64,000 nt of DNA from Lytechinus pictus (GCF_037042905.1 NC_087245.1:9612001-9676000); one strand, 5' to 3'. Counted from the stretch's first letter, positions 12,425-27,155 are shown. Notes: generated by a model from the letters alone, not told the origin. Numbers and translations: made by a program.

Positions 12425-12846
12425 GTAAGATTTCCAAGGAGAGATATATTATTAGTTATTACAGTCAGTGAGTATGATAATTTGTGCTGTGAATAGTGTG
12501 ATAGTGAGTGTGAGTGAGCTGAGTGGTGCTTGATGACATCGCTGGATGCATGCCTAGCTAGCCCGATGGCCAGCGGTACGCAATGAGATGTGCTTGCACT
12601 GACTGTTTTGTTTATCGTGTTGTTGGTGCGTTTACTACATTACAATTTACATGAACCAAGTTAAAACTGGCACTGATGATTGATGGCATGCTAAAAAAAT
12701 ATAAAAAATAGGATTGATTAGAAATTAGACTTGACTTAATGTGTATGATTGTTGTATTTTTTTTGTATATTTGATAATGCTATTACAATGTAGGGACAGT
12801 GAATTTTTTATTTAAAAAATTTGCCTTTCCTGTTTCTGAAGACCTG

Positions 12847-13495
12847 TATGATGGGGTGTCCAAACTTCGCGCACTTTTCAAAAATATTCATCAGGCTTAA
12901 TTTTTAATTTTGTTCACAAAATATTCATAATTTATACAAAACCAATTCAAGAAATAGTTACCACATTGACGGCAAGATCGTAAACTATAAAATCATGGAC
13001 GAAAATGTAAAGTAGGTCAAGGGGTTTCGCCGGTATCGCGATCTCAAAATTCTATTCCGATCGGCGAATGCGGGCTGTGCTGGAAAACCGTTCAGAAAAG
13101 TGTGACCTAACTTCGCGCACCAAAGCTTTTGTGGAGATTTATACAAAAACTCAAGTTCAAAAAGTGAAAAATTAAATCAGATTGATGGCAAAATGCTATG
13201 GAATCGGTTAGTACCACATTTAACTCACATTTTTGATGATTTTTGCTTGCAAAATGGTGATATCGTGATGCTTGTGATTTCTTCAAAACGGGCGCTAGCG
13301 CCGGTGACAAATTTGCCGATCTTTTGCCAATATTTTCATGAATACTGAACTCATCCTAAAGAAATTTTCATTAAACGGTAATTTTAGGTCGCTTTTCACG
13401 TTGATGATGTCAGATTTTAAGGATATTGGCTAGTTTTTGAGATAAGGACCGTCCGCGAAGTATGGACACGCGCGAAGTTTGGACACACTGCCATA
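12847..13495. mobile_element. Unclassified DNA MITE (TATGATGG...GCCATA termini)
   Basis: tatgatggggtgtccaaacttcgcg / cgcgaagtttggacacactgccata imperfect TIR; subterminal cgcgaag repeats. Confidence 0.75.
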
Positions 13496-15299
13496 CATGT
13501 AATTCCGTTAAACTTGATCTAAAAATAAAATGGAAATTCTGTTTTGTCATAGGAAATGTACGGAGAAAAAAAATCATACATGAAAAGTAAAGAACCAAAA
13601 CAGATTTTCTGTTTTGATTCACCAGTAAACAAAAAATTACAGGTCGCAATATAAGGGAGATACATGTACATGTACCTGTAAACTGATGAAAACACATCTA
13701 TTGTGGATATTTATTTTTTTATCAGTTTGGGATACTCTTTTGGGGCCATTCATATATTTTTGTGCTCTTGGACTTAATAACTTGAAAATTATGGTTTACT
13801 TGAAGGCATCTGTACAGTACATGTGCATGTCTTCAAGTAAACCATAAAAGCTGTTCTTTATTGATGAAAAGCTAATCTTTTTCTTTTTACCTTCATTTTT
13901 CTTTTACCTTTTAATACCTTAAAAACAATAAGAAATAAAGATATAAGAAATGAATGAGTTCTTGTTAATACAATGTACATTTTTACTCTGATAATCTGAT
14001 AGTCTACTGTTATATCGTTGTGAAAACAGTTTGAATTTGATATAAAGTGAATTGATGAGTCTCTGATCATATCATTAAGATGGCGTAATGGATTGTCTAT
14101 CTAGAACTCATGTGTTTATGTTTATGTAGGGTTCATAAGGTCTATGGCTCAGCTGTTTATGTCTATCATAGTATCAATAAAGCTGTGAATTCAGTGATCA
14201 TGTTTACCCGATTGATATGACAGCGAAGGTGATTAGTCATTCTCAGAAAGGTTTATTCAACTCGTCTTTCACTTCCGTAGATCATCACCTCCACCGGATA
14301 CATGTACCAGTTGTCTTGTCTTCTCATCTCTCTGAAATACTTGTTTGCTATTATAATTGAAGTGATTAAGATTACAGATTCCGAATTTCATTCATGAAAA
14401 TGAATCATGTGACTCTTCCATGAGTTTCAGGAGCCTTGGTGTTGTGGATGAACTCATTGAATCAACATCAAGATATTGAAGAAATTGGAAAGAGAAGAAC
14501 AGGTCTGCTGATATAATTTCAATAGTTTCTAAATTTCAATATGTTGTTTATCTAATGAAAAAAAATCCCAACAGAGAATTTGTTGAATTTGACTTATTTT
14601 GGATATACATGTGTAAGTGGAAGTGGAACTTTCTTGTTTTCATTTTTGTTGAAACTGGTTTGTGAAGGAGATATAATTGAGATAATAATTGAAAGAATGT
14701 ACACGTATCTTGAAGGATATGGGGCCTTTATGAAAAAATGTTGTTGATTTCATGACCTGCTCTGGCAACAATTGCTCCAAAAGAAAATATTCAGCTAAAC
14801 ATGAAAGCAAACCCCTATCTTAAATCCTAATGTTCACATTAGCTCACCTCATCAGGATTCAGAACCTTAAAACCCTGATCCGACAAGTACAGTATGTCTT
14901 CAAAGAAATTAAAGACAGGAGCAACTGTGGATCACTGCATCAATCACCTGAACAGGTATTGTGTCCAATGGAATGATATCACCACATGAAACGGCCAAAG
15001 AGACAAGCGGAAGTCTACCCCCTTCCGGATGTTGGTCTTAATTACAGAGCATTTGAGAAGTGGGTCATGAAAAACAGATATGGTTACATAGCAGTGGGTT
15101 ATTAGTTCCTACCAGTGAGCATGTTGGAAGCCTATTCACACTTTAACCTTCTCCAGGCTAAACTATAGCCTTCACCAAGGGCTGATTTAAGGTATACATT
15201 GTATGTACATAGCACGCCTCCATGTACATGGAGTGTTGTAGAGCTCTGAATCAACTTCTGATCGTTGACATTTCTAATGTAATTGTAAAAGTGCAACAT

Positions 15300-15346
<47 letters not shown>

Positions 15347-17784
15347 ACTTGGTATGGGTGGAAGTTGCATGTAGTGTTCATTATTTGTTCAATCCAGTAT
15401 ATACAGTAATATGAACCATAGAACCATACAGGTGTACCTTGCAAAATACATGTACATGTATGTATTTCACATGAAAGTGGAATATGGCTTTCAGCCTTGC
15501 ACTTTATTCAAAAGAAAATTGCAATGTGTCAGACTGTGCAGTACATTGTTCAGTCTGACAAACATACATTATTAAGTAGATACATGTATAGTCAAATTCA
15601 TTTTGAGCTGATTGTGTTTACAGGAAAACATTTATGCATCAAGAATGTGACTTGAACTCTTCTCTGAGGGACTTGGTATTGTGTCAGAAGACATTTCTTT
15701 CGTTTCAACTTCAGATCATAATGTAGTCTTGGGTTTTAGATGATTACTTCAACCAACTGATACAATATACCAAACTGAGGTTATTCTTTTTTCTCAGAGG
15801 TTTAAATCAAAGCATAATTTCCAGTTTCATGTGTACAGTATTTAACACAGTACTGATTCTGTTTTTGTTTTGACCTGAAGGATATAATTCACAGGTGCAA
15901 AAGAACATGACTGAATTTTGAAATGTGAATAGAGCTTCATGACAGGTTCTTGCAACAGCAAGCCATTCCAGTTTACAAGACTTGATGGATGAGGAACATT
16001 AGCCACTTGGTATCATTAGTCTTCAGGCTTTACACTTGGGTTTCTTGTTCCTTTATGTGTTAAAGCTTCCTTATTCATCATGTGTGCCTATCGGTCTCTT
16101 TAATAGCCGGTAGACCTCACTGATATCCTGCCAGACCAAGGAGGTATACATGTACCTCCTTGGCCAGAGTGGTCAAGCTTCATGTTCGTGGTACATGTGT
16201 ATGTACAATAAAACATGCATATACATGTTTCATGTACATGTAGTATATATGTTTCTGTATTGGAATCATACATTTCCATTTTGCTTTATATTTTGATATA
16301 ATCATTTCATTTGTTTGATGATTGATAATGATAAAATGAAAAGATCATGAATTCATGAGGGTAATGATGGTTCACTGCATTCTATGGTGCTGTACATACC
16401 CTGTTGATCTGTAATACACAACAATCAAATTTTATGACAGGAATGAGAGATATCAGTTAGGCTACAATGTATGTTGCATTCAAGTTTCATATGTAGTTAA
16501 TTAAAATTAATGAGCACAGATGAAATGGACAATTTGACTCGGGTCTACCTTCTTCCACTTAAATAAATCTTTGTCTTTCATCTACCCCCCCCCCTCTCTC
16601 TCTTTCTCTCTCTGTGTACTGAAAAGGTATCTTCTTTCTTCCTTTCTTTTTCTTCGTATTTTTTATGTCATTTTTGTTTGAATTATCATTTAGTTTTTTT
16701 AAATGAAAGTTTGTTCTATTAAACAAAATTATCAACTCAATACTCAGTTAAATGCGTATTGCAATGTTGTAATAAATGCAACTGCTTTTGCAATGAATAC
16801 AAATCAAAACAATAGACAAAAAGAGAAACCAAAACTTGTGTACCGGTAGTTGTAGACGACTACACAGCCATAGCATGGATAAATATTGTTCATGAAGTTG
16901 AATGTCTTCCCCTCAAAAAATTAAATCCTCAGATTCTTGTCTGAGAATAAAATCTCAAGAAATACATCATCTTGATACACTAATCCATTGTGGAATCGGC
17001 ATGTGTGTCCCTAATCCCATCCAGGTCCATCTGTTCATCTTAGGTAGATGTGAACATTTTACGACCCATTTTTCTCTCTGACTCACCAAGTACTCTGTAT
17101 ATTAAGCCTTAATAGCTTAATTTGATTCTATCCATGTTCATTACAAAGAGGGGATAGAGAGTCGATGTGACATCCCGTAGACTTAATATGCGAATTTGCT
17201 CAGCATGTGCGTAGCTCATCACTCCTGTGACATTTCAGGAAAACAGCGGCCGAAGACAGAGACCAATGAATCATCCATTTTTAGCAATATATTTTCATAT
17301 CTCCTTATCAAAGTTGAATCAAAACTAGAAGTGAATAGCAATAAGTATATCCTATGAATTCCAATGCAATTAGACTTTGATGGCCTCATTATATTCTGTG
17401 ATTTAAATAGAATGTTTGTCTTTGTACTACGTTATGATTTATGGTACCCTGCAGATGTAAAGTTGGGTCAAATCTGAAGTGAGTCATGATGTAATTGACG
17501 ACCATAGTTGCTTTGTTTGTTTACTTTTGTAGTATGGTAATTGATGAGACCCCCTCTTAGAGCAACGCAGATTTGTTGTGTTATCGTACACGTACATGTA
17601 CATTGTAAGCTCAGTATTAAATACAATACCATTTATTTTCAGTAACTTCATGATGGGATGGCATGTACATGGACATTAGCTTTCAAGTTTTATAAAGCTC
17701 TTTTAATAGTTTCATTTTATTCTTTATTTTTTTACTAAGTCATATTCAATTCATGTACATGTACATACCTTTATAGGCCTGCTG

Positions 17785-17952
17785 GGTGTTTCATAAAGCT
17801 GTTCGTAAGTTAAGAGCGACTTTAAGAACAAATGGTGATCCTTTCTTATGGTAAATGGTATTTTCATTGGCAATGCTTTAGCGCGTAAGAAAGGATCACC
17901 AGTCGTTCTTAAAGTCACTCTTAACTTACGAACAGCTTTATGAAACGGCCCC
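17785..17952. mobile_element. Harbinger-like MITE
   Basis: ~45-bp TIR gtttcataaagctgttcgtaagttaagag / ctcttaacttacgaacagctttatgaaac; CTG on both flanks. Confidence 0.8.
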
Positions 17953-19165
17953 CTGGTCTGATAAATATTGACTTTTTTAAGGTCAGTTAAAGTAGAAGTT
18001 TGTTGTAATTTTTTCTTGTAAAAGAATACTGCCAAGTACGTTGGGCCTTTTTACATCAAATGTGTACATGTATGTAGGTCAACATTATATGTTTTCCTTC
18101 TGAGATTTACAACATGTAAGTTAACGTTAATCATTTTTTTTGGCAGGAGGAAACCTTGTGTAACATTTATTAAAAATGATGGGAGGTTAGAAGTACATGT
18201 ACATGTAGATAATGTATGTGTGCATGATAGAAAAGGAGGAACATTGCCAAAAGAAAGAGACAAAAACCTCTGCTGTGCGAGCGGAAGGTATGAGGTGGCA
18301 TAATTAGTTTCATATCTGTGTGTATTGCCACTATGCAGGCTTTGTTAATCCAGTTTGTTATCCATTCACGAGGTGATTGAATTATAATGCTCGGTAGATA
18401 AGCACTCTAAATCTACTTTCCTGCACGCAAGGCCTCAAGGAGGAAAGCACCAGTCTTCCAGTCCACCCTCTCCAGTGAATTGGATTAATGATCGGAGCAC
18501 ATACTCAAGCACATGTATGCATTCATAAGCAGTGGTGGATTAGGTGTAGAGAGGGATGGGAGGAAGGAAAAGGGATGGAGGGCATGGGATTAGACTGTAT
18601 TACAGGCATGCTCCGTGGCATGGATGGAAACGGGATATACAATTTACTTTTCTTTCCTCCATACTCGTGTCGTGCTCCTGGAAATGTACAGTTGTTTACT
18701 CCAGAATCCAGATGGAAGAAATGCATGCTTGATGTGAATGTATAGCTGCTGAAAACAGTGCCCCCGCCCCTCCCTTAAAGTAGAAAATAAAAATGAATAG
18801 TAATGAAATTGGAATTATTAATTTTTTGTTATGCATATTTATTGTCACTAATCGATGATAAAGAAATAATTTGAGTACATCTGCTTGCAATCAAAGTTAT
18901 TACACATACATAGTGGTAAAAGGATATGAATTTAAATAGCTGATTAAAGTGTTTGAGTTCCATGGAAATATCCATTGGGGATATGATTTGTTATTTCGCT
19001 CAAATAGCTGAATTGACTTTTTGTAAGATAATTTAAATATATTCATTTATTTTACTTGCATAAAAGAACATGAACATGTATTCCCTATGTAAGGAAAGTG
19101 ATTTTCTGTTTTACCGATATACATTTATCAAAAAGGAAAATCCATTTTGGTTCTTTGCATACTTA

Positions 19166-19664
19166 TATGCTTTTCACACTGTACTTTTTTCCTTAACCCC
19201 GGGAAATTGGTGGGGCTAAGGGGGGGGGGCCTTAGCCCCACCAATTTCCTGGGGTTAAGCTTAGCCCACTTCGTTTTCACGCTACGTTTTAGCAAATGGG
19301 CTAGCACGGTAAATAGTACGGTACTATCTGGCCCTGCAAAAAAGCAGGGTTAGCCGGCTTATTGTGGTGCTAGAATTGCGGTGCTAAGAGATGCAGTGTG
19401 AAACGAAACCGGGCTAAGGAAAAGTGGGGCTAAGCAATAGCCAATCACAGAAGTCGAAATTGCACGTTAATCACGGTCTGTATGGTAAAGTCATCAATAT
19501 TCATGAGCTGTGGGATAGTCCGGGGTTAAGGCGTTAACCCCGGCTAAGCAGATAGTATGGGGTTAAGAAAGACAGTGTGAATCCAAAAAAAGATAGTATG
19601 GGGTTAAGGATAGTCCGGGTTTAAGGATAGTATGGGGTTAAGATATTGCAATGTGAAAAGCATA
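19166..19664. mobile_element. DNA MITE with many GGGGYTAAG subterminal repeats
   Basis: tatgcttttcaca / tgtgaaaagcata TIR; repeated ggggctaag/ggggttaag. Confidence 0.75.
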
Positions 19665-20146
19665 TGATGGTGGGCCCCAAGTCTGCGCACCTAACAATTT
19701 GAGTTAAGATTTAACATGAATTTCTTCTTATTTCACAAAATCTTTCAATTAATAATGTTCCTTACATTATTAAGAGTAAGTGTACCAAATTTCTCATTAA
19801 AAAATGAAAGAAAATATAGGATTTTCTTGAAAAAACCTCGGGCAGTCATTTTCAGATTGAAAAAAATGATACCCCATGTCTGGGCACGCATTTACTTTGC
19901 ACACGATTCAGGGATTTTGATGAGAAAGGCTGCATTTTGAGGCCGTCACATGAAATGCACTAAATTCATTATTTTTCCACCATTTTGAGTCAGATTTTTT
20001 TATGAATACCTGTCTATAGATGTATTACATGTTTAAAGTTCGTGCTCGTTGCGTATCTTCTTTTATTAGAATCGCGCAGATACGCATGTGCGGCTGTGCG
20101 CTGCGCAGACAAGGGGGACTGCGCAGACTTGGGGGAACTTGCCATA
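19663..20146. mobile_element. Unclassified DNA MITE (TATGATGG...GCCATA termini), related to 12847-13495
   Basis: tatgatggtgggccccaagtctgcgca / tgcgcagacttgggggaacttgccata. Confidence 0.75.
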
Positions 20147-21061
20147 CTAGTCAACTTAGGGGCAGTTCACCCTACAAAAAGTTTATTGTAAAAATAGAAA
20201 AATAAAAATATTGGTGAACGAGTACTGAAGGTTTGAGGAAAATTGATCAAAGATTAAAAAGATTATGTTTTTCTGATTTGTGATGTCAAACATGTATGCG
20301 ACCAGCTTCCCCATATATTGTGTAACAAAAAAAATAAATGAAATGTCTTTTTCTCAAAAATTAGAAATGGTTTTGCTTGTATCTTCAGTATTTATCAAAT
20401 TTCACACCAGCCCCTGAAAGAATTTTCTTTAGTCATCATTAAATTTGTGGTATAGGCAACTATCATTTATATTCATGGTAGTGATGACATTTTATGTTCA
20501 TTATTGATTTGTATCTTAGCACTGGAAAGAAAAGAGACAATGTTTGTCATTCATTACTCTTAACATGGCCTACAATGTAGTCACAAATCAGTATGAAGGT
20601 GGTCTCCATACAATCAATTATTTGTCTTCACACTGATTCTGTGTGCGGTCTTGACCTAACAGTGGCTATATGTATGTGTGGTCAGCGTCTCAGAGACTAG
20701 TTGCCATATATTTACCCCTTTTTGGAGGTTTGGAAGAAGCAGAAATCAATATCATATTGAGCTGTTTGAGGTTTGGCTTCTTGGGTGGCTAGCTAGATTG
20801 CCTGACCTCTGCAACACCCCCCCCCCCTTCCCCCTGCCCCCTTGAGGAGTGAATCAGTATCTAGGTTAATGCTAAAATACCCCTTTCTTTTTATAATCAG
20901 TATTGTAGATGTGAATAAGAAAAGATTAAAAGACATGCTCACATCTAGAGAGAGAGCAAGAGACAATTTTTTACCCATATTTTCCCGATTGGCTGCTCAA
21001 AGTTGATTTATGTTTCTTTCTTTGAACTGATAGCCCCAAGAGTCACTTCTTAGCTTTATTC

Positions 21062-21610
21062 CCCGGGGGGGGGGGGGGGCACTCAGTATATAATGCATAG
21101 TGGGTATGTGCCGCGGAGGGGACCCCCATTTTTACTCTCAAATTTCCGTTCCAAGGCATATCATTTTTTGTCTTATTGAGAAAAAGAACAAAGAAAGCCG
21201 CTCCAAAGCATAGCATTTTCTTCTTATCGAGAAAAAGAAGAAATAAATCCGCTCCAAGGCTTCGCATATTTTCCGTTACGCCGTTCTGGTCGCATTTTTC
21301 TGCTACAATGAGCCGCAATTTTGGTGAAAAGCGGCTGCAGAGCGCTGTCCGACCATCGCCACTGCGCTTGCGCACCCGGCGCCCGTGCTGCTGGGCTACT
21401 TTAGCTGCATGCACGTTCCATGGGGATGCATACGCACTCACACGCAGGGACCCGTTCCAAGGACCCCCGTTTTCACAAACATTTGTAGTTCCGAAGCCCG
21501 TTCCGAGGACCCTCCTTTTTACAATAAGCCCGCTCCGAGGCCCCCGTTTTTTGTCTTGCCCGCGGCACATACCCACTACTTTTTTGGTCGAGTGCCCCCC
21601 CCCCCCCGGG
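21062..21610. mobile_element. DNA MITE with CCCG(n) termini and 8-bp TSD
   Basis: CTTTATTC|cccggggg...cactc...tagtgggtatgtgccgcgg ... ccgcggcacatacccacta...gagtgccc...ccggg|CTTTATTC. Confidence 0.9.
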
Positions 21611-24600
21611 CTTTATTCTTACAAAACATAAATTATCTCATATAAGCCCTAATCGAATAGTGTGAGCGTGAAGCACAAGCTATTTTTTTTTCATGTATTA
21701 TGTCCTGAAAATTGAACATTCTGAGCAATGTTTGATCATGAACAAGATGTGTATGTAATTAAATAATTGCTGCTGGAAAAAAAAGAGATTTGACCTAAAA
21801 TGGGACACTCTATTCATCTTTTGTAAATCATGAAAAAGATGAGTAATTGGGTATCTTCCTACATAAATAAATTAACTCTTTTTTTTGGTTGCCCCAAAAT
21901 AGAGGGGCCGGGACCGGCTCACCCCCCCCCCCCCCTCCTTGGATCTGCGCCTGAAGAGAGAAAAGGGGAAAGCAGGGAGGAGGACAGAAAGAAATATTAG
22001 GGGGTGAGATAATATGGGAAAACTAAGAATATGTACATGTACATGTAGAAGAAAGAACATGCCTTTATTAAGGGGTACGAGCTTCCCATGATCTAAGTCC
22101 GCCTTGGATGCAAGCCCTGAAAGAAGGAAGGACGGTTGAAAAGAGGAATAAAGAAATGGAGAAAGACCTGGGAAGGCTGAGACTGGGAGAGAGAGTGAAA
22201 GATGGAATCTGTTGAGAGGGGGATGATTTGTTCTGATGGATGACAATTTTCCTCAGTATATTAAATCTTAGGTAGATGTTAATGTATCATGAACTTGAAA
22301 TATGGTTAAGAAAAGAAATCCTCAAAAAAGACTTGTTTAAACTGTTTGTCAATACATGGACTTTTTAAAGAGAAAGCAGTCTATGGAAGTGATAGAAATA
22401 TTGTGTACTAAACAACTTTTAGACTTGTCTGATATTTAAATGCGTCATCTGCCATGTATATGTACCTACATGTACACAATCTTACACATTATCTCCATAT
22501 TCTGTTGTATACATTTTTCAACACTCTATTGATATTGTGAAATGTTATTGTTTGGGTTTCAAGGTCACCAATATTGATGTGCATGTAGGGCCTATATTGC
22601 AATTATCCTCAATATATTGTGTGAAACTTGCAAGCCTGAGATCAATCGATTCTGTCCTGATTGTTTTCAAATTCAGGTGTTTGCCAACCTGTACCAGGTT
22701 GTACCAGCTTGCTTTCTTTCATGGAGTACGATAAAAATACTTCTAGGAATTGCAAATGATATTGCAACTGTGTTTACATGTTGGTCAATATTTCGGGGTG
22801 GGGGTTTACCTGTATGGTAAATGTAGGCCAATGCCAGAGTTTGTGCTGTAATATGGAAATATATAATTTAGAGAATTACTAAGAAATTGTTACGCTTTTT
22901 TATCCTTTAAATTTAGTGATTGTACATGTATCTCTTAATATCTAGTTTTTAATTCTTTGACTTCAGTGTTTAGAAACATACTCAGCAAGGAGCAAAATTG
23001 TAATCCTTATTTTGTGACAACACCACATAAATACATACTGCAAAGGCACTACACCAGCATAATACATGTAGTTTGATAATTTTGAAATCATATTTTGCTT
23101 TTATCTCCAAGGCAGCAATTGTACATGTAGCTTGTAAATGCAATATTTGAAAATCCCAACACAGAATCCTATGGGTAGAGGTTGTTACTCCACTAACTCC
23201 AAAATAGAATTAATGGATATTTTATCTGTTCATGTCGTTTTGAGCGGCAAACAAGCATTTACCGGATCTTCCATATGGCTGCGGTAATTGGAATTGAACT
23301 ATGACATTTTAAGGGAGCGGGTTCCATTTGATTTGAATCCATGTAATATTGCTTGAGAAGGACCTTTTGATTCATGAGCATACCCACTTCTCTACATGTT
23401 TTTTCATCCCATCTTTGTTCACAAAGTGATTGGGTAATACGTCATTGCCATCTTTATGTTTTCTTCTGTTTAGATGTGAGCACAAAAGACAAAGCACACC
23501 AAATTTGCTATGCTCTCTCCCCAGGTCAAAATGTATATGTATGACACTCTTGATACTCTTGTGCATATTCAAAGATACTAAAAGTACTTGAAAAATCACC
23601 TTTGTTTCTATGGTAGCTTGTGAAGAGCAGTATGCTTTAAAAAAAAAAATATTGAGAACATACATGTAGGAGGGACATACTGAATTTTTTTTGTGTGTGT
23701 GATACACTTCTGTCATATCTTTCCAATGGTACTATCAAGAATGATATTAAATGATTTCCATTGAATGAAATGTGTAAATTAAAATCATAGATGAGGCAGT
23801 AAAAATGCTGAGAAGATTTATATATATTTTTTTTATTAAATAAAAAAAAATATTGGACACAGTCTCATACATATATACTGTATGCAAGAAAATAATTGAA
23901 GTCACATGCAGTTAAAGACACATTCATGTTATGTTTATGAACAAACAATATGAAAAGGGATTAACATGTACATGCACATGTATCATTAAAATGAATTACA
24001 CAATACAGATACATTACATTTATGTAATGAGACAACATAGACAAAGGCTGACAGTTAATTAGCCAACCTAAATTGGTTGGTTATCAATGTACTGCCACAA
24101 TGTTGGTAGAAAAATTGATTATCACGTCACTTGGGACACAAGTTGACAAGGTTAGATCTATACTGTAACATCAACCTGCTAGGCTTTAGTACAGCTGTTT
24201 TATTTGATTTTTCCAAAGAATAGAATAAAAAGTTTAAACAGTCAGCAGGGAGTTTAGACTTCATTACACAAAATGCATTTATTATCATTGTAGCTCCGGA
24301 CTATACTGTACATGCATTTAACCAGAAGCAAAGCAATGATTGTACATGTACATGTAGTACTGATTGTCATTATTGGTCATATTGATGATAACATGATAAT
24401 AGTTTGCCTCAAAGAAGAGGCAGATAAAGTAATAACAGAAATTAGGTTTTCATCCATTTCAGGTTTCAGCAATAAACATTTCCAATGATTTTTCTGTTAC
24501 AATTCTAAAAATATCAAAATGTAATCTACAAAACAATACATGAGTGCAATAATGCCAATTTTGGAGGCTCATGGATTCAAGTGTTAATTAATTACCATGG

Positions 24601-26028
24601 TAGGCTGTTAAAATGCATTGAATTTCTATTGTCATATTTTGGAGCTTCATAAGCTTTCCATTTCATATTTTTTCAATTATTTTTTTTGCACCCATAAAAG
24701 GGCCTTTGAATATATTAGATGGGATATTTGATGTTCATGTACTATGTAGATTGACTAATGCCAGAGTATGTAAAAGCCCTAGTTGCATACTGATATGAAA
24801 TCCCACATGGATGTATGAAGGCCTACTGTCTTGCAAATAGTGTTGGAAGTAAAGAAGTCTTTGTGATTAGAAATTCTGATTCTTGGAAAATAATTCAAAT
24901 AGATACCGGTATACATTTTCATATTTTTGTAAAAAAAATGTATACATTTTCATATTATTTTAAAGGTAGTTTAGAAAATTTCTGAAAAGTAAAAAAATAC
25001 AAAGTCCTGGAAATTGTTGAAAAGAAATATAATATATTTTCATATTTCTTTGATATCTGGAAAATTCTGTGGTTTGGGAATGATGTTTCCAAACACCTTC
25101 AAAAAAATGTTTTTAGAAAATGTTATGGTAATTTAATATTTTTCTGCCGTAGAACGTCAGGAGAAAATCAGGGTTATACCTAGATGTAAAATACCTTTGT
25201 TAAAATTTTCACCATTTGATACCCAGTTTAGCGTTATCATGATAGGGTCCATGGTGACGGTGTTATGTAGTCTAAATACAGCAATTACCCAGGAGGCATT
25301 ATCATCCTTAACCTGAAATCTGGGTATTCATACTGGTCTCTTTACTTGGCAGTCTGCCAGTCATCAGAGTTGATGTTGAGAATAGTGGGTGTGATATTAT
25401 AAGGGTTGAATTGCTAGAATTGAACAAAAAGATAAAATATTCAAAGTTGGAGACATCTTTTAACATGTTATGATGTGATGAGAGATGCTTCATGCATTGT
25501 TAAATTGTTCAATACATTTACATGTAGGAAAGTCATGAATAAAAAAAATCTGAACTCACTATTAAATAAATATACATGACACCTGATGAAGACGGATGTT
25601 CCTATCAAAACATCTTGGATAGTTATTAATAGTACATATAAGTTCAGATTTTTATTCATGAATTTCCATCTGTTGAACTCAGAAGAAATGACAATCTTCA
25701 TTGCTTTACAATAATACTTTCACTCCTTTCATAGAATATACCAGACATCTGGACATGTATGTAAAATATTATTAAAGTTTTATCAGCAGTACCAGTCTGC
25801 TGTATGGGAGCTTTTTTTTATTAGAAAAAAAACTTGCCTTTTAATTTCAAGTGCTCTCAAGTAAAACTAATTGTATTGGTGGTACAGTACATGTACATGT
25901 ATGTCAATTGGTGGTTAATGTTAGTTTTAATATGTGTATCAGGGTTTGTATCATTGATGCTAATATGCGGAGCTCAGTAAATATCTTCCAGTTTTGATGA
26001 TTACCGTAGCTCACAAATCTATGGTTAA

Positions 26029-27155
26029 AGGAGAAATATATTGATTATGAATATGGTCTTATCAATGGAAAAGGTAATGATGTGGAGATTATCATTAGGT
26101 CATTCCACAAGGTGGAAATCGCCGATTAAAAAGCACTAAAGTGCCTCTCTGAAATATGCCTCGTATCGGTCTCTGAATTGACTCGAATTTGATGACACGT
26201 ATGATAGTACCAGATACGTGCAGCTCTTCTTTAGAAGCTAGCTAGCTGGTTGATCTTTTAGTTTTACATTTCATTTTAATTTATCTCAAATATTTGATTC
26301 AACAAGGTGTAATAATCATGGAAAAAATAATTCTAATCATACATTTATTTTTATATGAAAAAAAATCCCTGAATTCACTTAGTCAGAATAATGATGTCGA
26401 AATTCAAACAAAACGACAGATCGAGTATCCATCCCACAAGTGAAGTTCATTTTCTTGTTGGTGCATATCGTCTGCTGCTACATGTAGTTATCATGAGTTG
26501 ATTTGGATTTGGTTCGGACCCCTGTTTGGAAGTACATGGAATCACTATTTTCAATTATTTTTTTAAAATTGATATATTTCGAAATTGTTAAGTGAGTGAA
26601 GGGACTCTGTCGTGGACTTTTTTTCATTGTTAGGCCTTTGGGTGGTGCACCCAGATACGACAGGGGTTCGCGTTCATTCCACTCTCCATCACCGGCGCAA
26701 TTCCCCTAATTTTCCTTCTTCCATGTTGCTTTGTTGTTCACTAGAGCTAGAATCTTCATCATCAGTATCTTCTTCTTCAACAACATTTGTTTCGAAATCC
26801 AAATCTAGATATAACTTCTGGGTTTTCTTCCATTTCATGATCGAACTACTCAGTGACAGTGTGGAGAAATCGCACGTTCACTAGCATTCGCAAGATAGGT
26901 TTTGCACTCAAGTGGAGCTTGATGTGGGAGAGCCAATCATGTCTCTGGTACCATCATAGATGTCATCAAATTCGAGTCAATTCAGAGACCGATGCGAGGC
27001 ATGTTTCAGAGAGGCATCATAGCTTTTTTAATTGGCGATTTCCACCTTGTGTATTGTTTTCTTTATTTTCAAATGACCTAATGATAATCCCAACATCATT
27101 TCCTTACCATTGATATATAATAAGGCCATATGTTCAAAATCAATATATTTCTCCT
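26029..27155. mobile_element. Kolobok/T2-like MITE with a nested insertion
   Basis: TTAA|AGGAGAAATATATTGATT ... AATCAATATATTTCTCCT|TTAA. Confidence 0.85.
26106..27051. mobile_element. CAC...GTG element (Transib- or Chapaev-like) nested in the Kolobok-like MITE
   Basis: ~110-bp TIR cacaaggtggaaatcgcc..aaaaagc / gctttttt..ggcgatttccaccttgtg; decayed acidic ORF on minus strand near 26680-26840. Confidence 0.7.

Noticed and set aside
15301..15343. 43-nt poly(T) as a retrocopy tail
   Set aside because: No recognisable SINE, LINE or mRNA body and no TSD next to it.
21043..21645. ORFs of 86-177 aa
   Set aside because: They lie within a GC-rich MITE and show no recognisable domain.
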